The translations under genes were made by a program, and so were the position numbers. From Sphyrna mokarran (taxonomy: Eukaryota): a stretch of 64,000 nt of DNA. Below, piece by piece: positions 36,800-46,993 of this stretch. The stretch is from the NCBI GenBank assembly GCA_024679065.1, contig JAGIQG010000014.1:28148001-28212000 (forward strand), written 5' to 3'. The number at the start of each line of letters is the position of its first letter. Positions within the stretch are counted from its first letter, which is position 1. A model generated the notes under the pieces. That model did not search any database. It saw only the letters and a program-made list of their open reading frames with translations, and was not told the DNA's origin.

Positions 36800-38690
36800 A
36801 ACATATGAACACACAAAATAAAAAGAGACTGTTTGGTCCCTCGAGTCTGGTGTGCCATTTGATAAAATCATGACTGATCTTTTTGTGTTTCTAGTTCTAA
36901 ATTCCTGTCTATCCCAGATAATGTTTGATTGCTTTGCCTTACAAAAATATATCGACCTCTGCCTTCAAAATATTCAGGGACCTTACTTTCACTGCTTTCT
37001 GAAATGAGAAGTCGCACAATCCTCTGAGAGAAAGTAATTATCTCATAAAGGCCACCACTAATTTTAAAACAATATCCCAGTTTTGGATTCACACATAAGA
37101 AGAAACATTCTTTCCACTGTTAAGAAACCAAAAATAGTTTTAAGGGATTTATATTTGAATGGGTAAACATAATAAATAAGATATAGTTTGATTTCATTTA
37201 ATGTTTCTGTGCCGGGAAGGGAATTGTAGTTAGATTTCATGCTGAACAAAAGTATGTGTCTGTGTGGGGGTTAGTTTCAATCCCAGCAGAGATTCTATTG
37301 TGACAGGGAGAGTTACTGTCTGAAGAATAAATATCATTGTTTAGCACCTCAGAGCTGAGAAACAACTTTGTTCATTAGTTTTAGCTGAAAGCTCGGTACC
37401 ATTTCTCTAATGATTACAATTTCACAAAATTCCTCTGTCTCTTTCACCCATCTGATTAACAGCCTTTACTGTAACCTCTGTGGTGAATACAGAAGCAAAA
37501 TATTACTTCATTCATTTCTTTATTATCTGTTATTATCTCCAATTGTCACTGACTAGATGACTCATTTTATTTTATTTACTCATTTTATTTACTCATTTTC
37601 TTTTTAAATGCTTGCAGAAACTCAGACTATCAATTTTCACATTTCTAGCTGACTTCCTGTTGTGTTTCTAATACTTTCCTTTTGATTGACCTTGTAGTTA
37701 TTGTCTGCCATTGTTATCAGACTCATTTACTTCAGTATGCATTATCAATTCATTTACTTTGTTATGAATGCTATGTAAATTCAGATGCAGAGCTTGTAGT
37801 TTTTTTTGTTATCTTTGTAATATTTACTGTAAGCTAAAGTTTATTTATTAGCCACAAGTAAAGCTTACATTAACATTGCAATGAAGTTACTCTGAAATTC
37901 TCCTAGTTGCCACAGCTTAGCATCTGTTTGGGTCAATGCACCTAACCAGCACATCTTTCAGAATGAGAGAGGAAACAAGAGCACCTGGGAGAAACCCATG
38001 CAGACATGGGGAGAATGTGCAAATGCCACACAGACAGTGACCCAAGCTAAGAATCAAACCTGGGTTCCTGGCACTGTGCTAACCACTGCTGTCATTGTAT
38101 TCTTAGGTTATTTCTCTTTTTGCCTTTCTGCCATTCTCTGACCTTCATTTCCCATATTACTCTTTTGCTCTGCTGCTTTGACTCTACTGCATGATTTTCT
38201 ACATTTACTCAAACTTCACCTCTCACCCTTCTTGTTTAATTTAAAGCCTCTCTACTCCTCTAGTCATGTGATTTGCTAGAACACTGGCCGCCACATACTT
38301 CAGATGTAAAGTAATGGTAGATTCCCCCATTCCCGAGTACTGATGCCAGTGCCCCACAAATTGGAACCCACTTCGCCTACACCAGTCTTCAAGTTACACA
38401 TTCATCCCTGATCTTATTTGGCCAACGTGAATTTGCACGCGGCTCAACTAATAATCAGGAGATTATTACCTTTGAGATTCTGCTTCTTAAGTTGGTGCCT
38501 AGGTTCCTCATACTGACTATGCAGAACCATTTTCCTTGTCCAGGCTATGTTATTGGTACCTACATGGGCCACGACAACTGACTCCTCGCCCAAATATTGT
38601 AACATCCTCACCAGCCCTGAGCAGAATTCTGGCCCTGGACAGGTGACACAGACTCTCACTCCTTGCTGCAGGGAAACCTCTGTAAATTCA
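36800..38690 (-). mobile_element. Old fragmented CR1 (tail, ORF2 pieces and ORF1 esterase VVAHVGTNNI)
   Basis: CR1 tail at ~36800, FASVFT remnant near 37480 and ORF1 remnant at 38444-38690; interrupted by a SINE. Confidence 0.6.
37835..38092 (-). mobile_element. V-SINE with an alternative (non-CR1) tail
   Basis: Same tail as 29163-29460. Confidence 0.8.
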
Positions 38691-38756
38691 TATTCATGTT
38701 TCTTCACAGTGAATTCATTTTAACTCAGTCCCTTTTAACCTTTCCTTCTCTTGTAG

Positions 38757-38859
38757 ACGACAACATCAACAAGTAAAAATGCTTTAGTTTGGACTGGTGT
38801 CAGCTTGGCAATTATTATCTTCTTCACTGGATTAACTGCATTTATCTTCATCAAGAAAC
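38757..38859 (+). CDS. TIM-family receptor, transmembrane exon (TTTSTSKNALVWTGVSLAIIIFFTGLTAFIFIKK)
   Basis: Long polypyrimidine tract plus ttgtag acceptor, donor C|GTAAGT; hydrophobic helix followed by KK; phase 0 to 1. Confidence 0.9.
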
Positions 38860-38970
38860 GTAAGTGATGATCTTAGTTACTGATTTACTGCAATGCACAG
38901 TTTCAGCTCTTTGTTACCATGAACTGTTTTTGTATTAATATCAATTGGAATAAAAAATATTATTTTGCAG

Positions 38971-38984
38971 ATCAGACTAAAATG
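38971..38984 (+). CDS. Candidate 14-nt cytoplasmic micro-exon (H-QTKM) of the TIM gene
   Basis: tattttgcag|ATCAGACTAAAATG|gtaagc has good splice sites on both sides; it shifts the phase from 1 to 0. Confidence 0.5.
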
Positions 38985-39692
38985 GTAAGCTGACACCACT
39001 GCATTTGAAAAGAAAGTGTGCAGTACAGGGCTATTGTACTGCAGAAATTGCTACTGAAGTATGACCACAGTTGGCCAATATTCAATATTAGTCAAACAGT
39101 TTATGTCTTGTCACATTATTGATGTGAAAATAGTGCCAGTGAACATGAGGGTTTCTAATGTAGAAACTTTCACTTCAAGAGGAGTAAACCAATCATCTAT
39201 TGACCAATCACCCTAAAGCTGTATTGATTGAGCTGCATAGGTACTAGGGTACACTACAAAAAACACTTGCTTAGAAGGACAGCAAACAGGTTACATCCAA
39301 CAAATTTGACAGAGGTATATGGAAATGTACTTGATGCTTAATAGTTTTAAAATTTTAAAATATATAAATGAAAAAGCATCCTCTGTCTCCCCCACAGACA
39401 GGTGAACATTCTATTCAATTTGCCTTGAGGGATAAGTTTGAATTTGATTAAGATGGCACTCCCAAGATATAGCACAAAACTCATTCTTCCAGAAACCGTC
39501 CCCAGACAATCCAGCTGTAGTAATCTGATAGATGTTTCCTTTGCATCATTTTATTGGTTTCAGATGAAAATACACAAATAATTTGATTTAGAAACCAAGA
39601 AAAAATTTAGCTGTGCAGTACAATATCTTTGAAAATTGGAAGCTGGAAACATGTTTAACATTTCTTTTCCAATATGTATTTTTGTATTTTAG

Positions 39693-39717
39693 TGAAGAAA
39701 TTCAGACAACACGACAA
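39693..39717 (+). CDS. TIM-family receptor, 25-nt cytoplasmic exon (xKKFRQHDN)
   Basis: tttgtattttag| acceptor and |GTAAGA donor; phase 1 to 2 connects the TM exon to the last exon in frame. Confidence 0.7.
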
Positions 39718-39818
39718 GTAAGAATTTCTATTTTAGACCACTTTTTTAAAGCAAATTTAAACATTGATACTTTTCCATTCTTACAAAATATTTATGAACT
39801 GTCTATTTGTATTCACAG

Positions 39819-39885
39819 TGAGAAAACAATTATGGGAAGGCATGTACACCAAGCAGTGGAAGAAAATGTGTATAATACTGAATAA
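39819..39885 (+). CDS. TIM-family receptor, last coding exon (EKTIMGRHVHQAVEENVYNTE*)
   Basis: attcacag| acceptor; AVEENVY resembles the TIM-1 RAEDNIY and TIM-3 RSEENIY tyrosine motif; TAA ends at 39885. The six core exons sum to 663 nt (220 aa plus stop). Confidence 0.85.
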
Positions 39886-40214
39886 TTGACCTGCTTTCTA
39901 CAACAAATTCCAGGATTAATTATTTGTAATATGCTGCTTTCAATGGAGTGTCTGGTAATAGTTGGTTAAACAAGAATAATGAAATATATTAAGCATAGAT
40001 TAAGCATTAAGAGTGATTATAGGTGAATTACTGAATTTAGTTATGATGTTTGAATTTTCTTTTATTTAATGTGTTTTTGCCCCTCATGATGTTCATTTTG
40101 ATAGTGTAAAAAACACTTTTAAACCAGAAAACTTCAGACAACATGATGTATGTCATCAAGTTAGCCGTGTTTTTTTTAAATCACCATTTCATTTTTTAAG
40201 TCAAATTCTCCCCA

Positions 40215-40218
<4 letters not shown>

Positions 40219-40264
<46 letters not shown>

Positions 40265-40296
40265 TGTGTCTGTGTGTGTCTGTGTGTGTGAGTGTG
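40219..40296. repeat. (TG)n microsatellite downstream of the TIM stop codon
   Basis: About 22 pure TG units followed by TGTC-interrupted units. Confidence 0.95.
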
Positions 40297-40297
40297 A

Positions 40298-40650
40298 CAT
40301 GGCTTCGTTGGCAGCACTCACCAGATGGTTAGAGAGTTGTGGTTCAAATCCCACTCTTGGACTTCAGCACAAAATTCAAGGCTGATCTTCCAATGCAACA
40401 CCGAGGGAGTACTGCACTGTTGTAGATACTGTTTTTTGAACATCACCTTAAACCAAGGCGCTGTCTTCCCCCCTTAGTTAATGTAACAATCTCATGGCAT
40501 TATTTCAAAGAGGAACAAATGAGCTACCCTCGGTGTCTGGGCCATTACTTAGCCCTCAATCATCACACAAAGACACTACTGTATCACATTACTGTTTATA
40601 GGGGCTTGCTTAATGCATATTGCCTGCTGCATTTCCTATGTAGTTACAAT
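40298..40650 (+). mobile_element. DeuSINE (SacSINE1/AmnSINE1-like Deu domain)
   Basis: B box GGTTCAAATCC, then gagggagtactgcactgt..ttaaaccaaggc..catggcattatttcaaagagga..ggtgtctgggcca, matching my recollection of the Deu core. Confidence 0.7.
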
Positions 40651-41862
40651 GCTTTCTCTAGCTCTTTACTGATGTGAGCTGTCTATAGGCAATGCACATG
40701 ATGAGCTGAAGGTTCAGCTCCCACTTGTAAAGAGCGGAAACTTGGAGAGTAGGCAACTAAGAGTACATACCTTTATTTAGTGACTATACTATGCCAGCAG
40801 ATTGGTTCATACTGATAGAGTGTATAAAGGTAGTGCAGTCAATGTGGTTTATATGGATTTTCACAAAGCTTTTGACAAAATTCTACATGGGAGACTGATA
40901 GTGACAGTAAGAGCACTGAGTAATTTGGTAAGATGGATCCAAAACTGACTCAATGGGGCAGGAAATAGAGGGTGGTAAAAGATGGCTGTTTGTGTATCTG
41001 GAAGGTGGTATCCACTGGCATACCATAGAGACTAGTCCTTAATTGTTTGTGATAGATACCAAAGATATTGTTGAGAATGTAAGGGAATTGTAAGTTTGCT
41101 GACCTCTGGACCCTGGCTGAGCACGAGGCCTCCCAGTCCCCCATACGCATGCAAGCCCAGCACCTTATCCAAACCATAGCAGCAGCTGACTCCCCTGGCA
41201 TCCCGGAGATTGGTGCTCAGCAGTACTCACCTCCTAGCTCTCTTTCGCTACTGCTGTACCTCAATTAACTTTTAAACTTGTAATTGGCACCAGCGTGATG
41301 TCACGGCAGCGAGGTGAGAAGCCACCGGAAAAGGGAATGATTGTGTGCCAAGCTCACTAATGATACTGAAATCAAGTCAAGCTCATGCTACAAAGCTTTG
41401 CACACTTTCTGGGCGCAATGCAATGCGGCCTGCATCATTTGAAAGAGACTAGGAAGATGGCAAACCATTTGGTGCTGGGTATGAATCATATTTCTAGTCG
41501 CACACACTGTTTTGCAAAGTCACTGCCATTTGTCCAGGCGCAATGATGTGGTAAAATCCCATCCAGTACTTCTTCACTGCATTCTGTAGTGACTAAACTT
41601 TAATTTTAAGACTGTGCCTCTTTGTTCATGATTCTCCCATCAGTTTCTTTCAGACCTTTTAACATCTTAAAAACAGCAATTAATTAATCTCCCAATTTCC
41701 TACATTCAAGGCAACACAAGCCAAGTCAATGCACCTATTTTCATTAATTTAATCCAATACACCCTCTAAAAACAACAAATAACTTTGCTGTCAATTATCC
41801 CTCAGCTCTGTATAGCAGGCATTGACAATTGTAAAGGAAATGGCCAGCTCATTGCAGGAATT

Positions 41863-42742
41863 AGAACATAGAACATAGAACAATACAGCACAGAACAGGC
41901 CCTTCGGCCTTCGATGTTGTGCCGACCAAAATAAAAAGCAATGCACCTCCTAACTAAACCATTCCCTTCTCATCCATATACTTATCCACTAACCTCTTAA
42001 ACGCCACCAAACTTGGCGCATCTACAACAGCTGCAGGCAGGGCATTCCACTCCCTAATCACTCTTTGAGTAAAGAACCTAACTCTGATATCCGTCCTATA
42101 ACTCATACCCCTTAATTTAAAGCTGTGTCCCCTCGTGCTAGCTTTCTCCATCCTAGGAAAAAGGCTATCACTGTCCACCCTATCCAACCCTCTAATTATC
42201 TTATATGCCTCAATAAGATCCCCCCTTAGCCGCCTCCTTTCTAACGAAAACAACCTCAAATCCTTCAACCTCTCTTCATAGACCTGCCCTCCATACCAGG
42301 CAACATCCTGGTAAACCTCCTCTGTACCCTCTCCAATGCCTCCACATCTTTCTTATAATGTGGCGACCAGAACTGCACACAATACTCCCAAGTGCGGCCG
42401 CACTAGAGTTTTGTACAGCTGCAACATGATGCTGCGGCTCCTAAATTCAATCCCCCTACCAATAAAAGCTAAGACTCCATAAGCCTTCTTAACAACTTTA
42501 TCCACTTGACTGCCTACTTTCAGGGATCTATTGACACATACACCAAGATCCTTCTGTCCTCAACACTATTAAGAGCCCTACCATTAGCCCTATACTCTAC
42601 ACATTTATTGTTCCTGCCAAAGTGCATTACCTCACACTTTTCCACATTAAACTCCATTTGCCACCTCCCGGCCCAGCTCTGCAACTTGTCCAAGTCACTC
42701 TGTAAACTAAAACACCCCTCTTCACTATCTACCACACCACCA
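41863..42742 (-). mobile_element. CR1 3' fragment, second young subfamily
   Basis: WQMEFNVEKCEVMHFG and LERRRLRGDLIEAYK motifs; same tail as 34195. Confidence 0.9.
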
Positions 42743-43929
42743 ACTACCACAGACACCAATTGTGTCTTTTTGCAACAGAAATATTAGGAGAACCTGCATC
42801 TTTGTCATGTGAAAATAGCATTGTAAACATGGCAATCAATTAAGAATAAGGATACTTTGATTTTATAAGCTGATAATTATAGCCTCTGAGAAGCAAGAAA
42901 TTAAGTGAAAGTTCTGAGAATAAAATTTTAGTGCAAAGAAGGCACTTGGAAAAATAACACTTTACAAGACTTTGAAAGACTTATATTTGCTGAAGGGAAG
43001 ATCATTCATGCTGAAAACGATTGTGTGTTCATCTGTAAATAAAAATTAATTTTAGTCTATATCGCTTCTGAAATATGATTTTTCTATAATTAAGTAAGAA
43101 TCCTATGTAAATTCTGATGTTTAGCATTGTGCACAAATGGGTAATTGTCAAATTTAGGTAGCATTACATAGAGTTTACAGCATCAATGGAGGCCATTGGG
43201 TCAAGTCTATCTAAGTCAGTGTTTATACTCAGTGTTGTTTTTTGTTGTAGGTTAAAATAATATCTCGAAGATTGTTAGTGAGTCAAAAATACAGTGGTTT
43301 TTATTTCAAAACTCTGGCATACATTCCAGAAGTTTGGGAGAAACTTGGGACTACCAGACTTCTCATAGAACACAAACACAAGTGGGCATTTATACATCAT
43401 GAGTCTTAGTGTCAATCACAATTCAAAGTTCCAATTTTGACCAGACTGTTGGAGTCTTCCTCCCTGGGTCGAGATGCAGCCCCAGAGTTATTCCGGAATT
43501 ACAGTCCTGCAGTCAGGACACAAGCTTAACCTGGTCATGATTCAAAACCTTTCTGCAGCAGTACCAGCATCCCTGTCTTTGAAGTTACTTGTGCAATCCT
43601 GGCTGTCCCAGCAGGACTCTTCCTGTTAAAAGCCAGTATCGTAAACTACCATCTGTGTAACAATGTTCAACTAACACAAATAGGTAAGATTTACAAAGTC
43701 CAAAAAATAACAGCCATATTAAACTATCTGTCTTTATAAAAATGAGAGTTAAAGCATGTAAGACATGAACAAATAATTTATATTACTGCCAGGAGCAATA
43801 TAAGCTTGAGAAGACCAGTAATGATGAACATTGGGAGTCCAATAAAAAAAGGAAAAGGATTGCATGCATGAGGTCTTGGCAACTAAAAGCAGATGAAGCA
43901 CTTGAAGAAGGGCAAAAATGGGTCACAAA

Positions 43930-44239
43930 ATCATAGAATATTTACACGGCAGAAGGAGGCCATTCGGCCCATCAAGTCTGCACTGATCACAATCCTATCC
44001 AGGCCTATCCCCCATCCTCATATGTTTACCCTGCTAATCTCCCTGACTCTGAGGGGAAATCTAGCATGGTCAATCAAGCTAACCTGCACATCTTTGGACG
44101 TGGGAGTAAATCAGAACACCTGAAGGAAATGCATGAAGATATGGAGAGAATGTGCAAACTCCACACAGTGAGTGAAGTGGGAAATTGAACTCAAGTCCCT
44201 GAAGCTGTGAGGCAGCAGCGCTAACTACTATGCCACCCC
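43930..44239 (-). mobile_element. HE1-like V-SINE
   Basis: V core and CR1 tail. Confidence 0.8.
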
Positions 44240-45069
44240 TAATGTCCTTGGCAGGCAGGATTAAGGAGAATCCCAAGTTATTTTATAATATGTTAGGAAT
44301 AAGAGAGTAGCTAAACAAAGAGTTGGTCCACTCAACGACAAAGGAGAAAAATTACTCATCGAACCAAAGGAAGTGGGTAAGATCCTTAATGAGTACTTTG
44401 CATCGGTATTCACAAAAAGGAGGTTGATTGATGCTGTCTCAGAGATGTATGTAAACCCCTTAGAACAAGTCATCATAACAAGAGAGGAAGTGTTGGGTGT
44501 ATTAAGAAGCAGTAAGATAGACAAATCCCCAAGGCCAGGCAGCACCTATCCCAGATTACTAAAGGAGACAAGAAATGGAATTGCTGGGCTTCTAACAGAA
44601 ATCTTTGTTTCCTTATTGGCTACTGATGAGGTGCCAAAGGATTGGAGGATAGCCAATCTTGTCCTGTTATTTAAGAAGTGTAGCAAGGATAACCTGGATA
44701 ATTATTGGCAGTGAGTTTGACACCAGTGATAGTGAAATTGTTGGAAAAGATTCTTAGAGATAGGATCTGTACACATTTGGAACTGAATGATCTTCTTAGC
44801 AACAGACAGCATGGGTTTGTTTGAGGAGGTGATTTCTGAGTTTTTTGAGGAGGTGACAAAAATGATTGACGAGGGAAGGCTGTGGATGTTGTCTACATTG
44901 ACTTCAACGAAGTATTTGATAAGGTCCCTCATGGCAGGCTGGCACAGAAGGTTAAATCAAATGGGATTAAGGGTGAACCAGCTAGATGGATTCAGAACTG
45001 GCTTGACCATAGCACTCAGTAAAGTTTTACAACACCAATTTTAAATCCAACCAATTTATTTCATAGTAA

Positions 45070-45109
45070 ATTCGCGAGCTTTCGACTCTGTAGCCTTCGT
45101 CAGGCAAAT
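45070..45109 (-). ncRNA. Minimal type-I hammerhead ribozyme motif, core intact
   Basis: AUUUGC-CUGACGA-A-GGCU(acag)AGUC-GAAA-GCUC^-GCGAAU: 6-bp stem I, 4-bp stem II, palindromic AGCU stem III, as known for Penelope pLTRs. Confidence 0.8.
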
Positions 45110-46953
45110 GCAGTGTTCTGGTCTGCAATAGCACTCATATCCACACAGACAGTTACAGATTGCTGATTAGAATGCGAATCGATACATCTAACCTGCTATT
45201 CAAGTGTTAAAGTGGCTAACAATGTGTGTGAAGGGAATCCTGAGCATTGGTTAGAGAATTGTGTATTTTCGCCAGACAGCACAGTAAGTGAGGTTTTTTG
45301 CTAACCCAGGCAAGTTACGGGGGTTACAGATAGTGTGTCATGAAGCCAAGATCCCTGTTAAGACCGTCCTCATGTGTGCGGAACTTGGCTATCAGTCTCT
45401 GCTCAGCAACTCTGCGCTGTCATGTGTCACGAAGGCCCCCTTGAAGAACATTTACCCGCAGGTCGGAGGCCGAATGCCCATGACTGCTGAAATGTTCGCC
45501 CACAGGAAGGGAACTGTTTTGCCTGGTAATTGTTGAGCGATGCTCATTCATCCGCTGTCGTAGTGTCTGCATGGTCTCCCCAATATACCATGCTTCGGGA
45601 CATCCTTTCTTGCAACGTATTAGGTAGACAACGTTGGACGAGTTGCAAGAGTATGTACCGTGTACCTGGTGAATGGTATCCTCACGTTTGATGATGTCGT
45701 CCATGTCTATGATCTGGCATGTCTTGCAGAGGTTGCTGTGGCAGGGTTGTGTGGTATTGTGGTCACTGTTCTCCTGAAGGTTGGGTAGTTTGCTGCGAAC
45801 AATGATCTGTTTGAGTTTGTGCGGTTGTCTGAAAGCAAGAAGTGGGGGGGTGGGGATGGCCCTAGCGAGATGTTCATCATCATCAATGACGTTGAAGACT
45901 CTGGATTGTCCCTATGGACAAGCTCTCCGTATACACAGAATTTGCTCAGATGAGGAGGATCGTGACAGATACCTCCAGACGCTGAAGGATGCCCTCGTGA
46001 GAACAGGATATGGCGCTCGACTCATCGATCGACAGTTCTGACGTGCCACAGCGATAAACCGCACTGACCTCCTCAGAAGATGAACATGGGACACGGTGGA
46101 CAGAGTACCCTTTGTTGTCCAGTACTTCCCCGGAGTGGAGAAGCTACGACATCTTTTCCGGAGTCTTCAACATGTCATTGATGACAATGAACATCTCGCT
46201 AGAGCCATCCCCACCCCCCCACTTCTTGCTTTCAGACAACCGCACAACCTCAAACAGATCATTGTTCGCAGCAAACTACCCAACCTTCAGGAGAACAGTG
46301 ACCACAATACCACACAACCATGCCACAGCAACCTCTGCAAGACATGCCAGATCATAGACATGGACGACATCATCAAACGTGAGGATACCATTCACCAGGT
46401 ACCCGGTACATACTCTTGCAACTCGGCCAATGTTGTCTACCTAATACGTTGCAAGAAAGGATGTCCCGAAGCATGGTACATTGGGGAGACCATGCAGGCA
46501 CTACGACAGCGGATGAATGAGCATCGCTCAACAATCACCAGGCAAAACAGTTCCCTTCCTGTGGGCGAACACTTCAGCAGTCGTGGGCATTCGGCCTCCG
46601 ACCTGCGGTAAATGTTCTTCAGGGGGGCCTTCGGGACACACAACAGCGCAGAGTCGCTGAGCAGAGACTGATAGCCAAGTTCCGCACACATGAGGACAGT
46701 CTTAATAGGGATCTTGGCTTCATGACACACTATCTGTAACCCCTGTAACTTGCCTGGATTAGCAAAAAACCTCACTTACTGTGCTGTCTGGAGGAAATAC
46801 ACAATTCTCTAACCAATGCTCAGGATTCCCTTCACACACATTGTTAGCCACTTTAACACTTGAATAGCAGGTTAGATGTAAGGATTTGCATTCTAATCAG
46901 CAATCTGTAACCGTCTGTGTGGATATGAGTGCTATTGCAGACCAGAACACTGC

Positions 46954-46993
46954 ATTTGCCTGACGAAGGCTATAGAGTCAAAAGCTCACGGAT
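46954..46993 (+). ncRNA. Minimal hammerhead motif, probably inactive
   Basis: Same motif as the left arm, but GAAA is AAAA (46980, catalytic G12 lost) and stem I is disrupted. Confidence 0.65.

Noticed and set aside
39023-39034. GTACAGGGCTAT matches the 3' half of mature miR-103/107, the PANK-intronic miRNA
   Set aside because: There is no AGCAGCA seed and no pre-miRNA-length hairpin. The real miR-103 is expected in the PANK3 intron beyond the window end, so this is probably a chance 12-mer.
39613-39885. 90-aa ORF ending in EENVYNTE as a single exon
   Set aside because: It starts at GTG and reads through a 101-nt intron with good splice sites; only 39819-39885 is coding in this frame.
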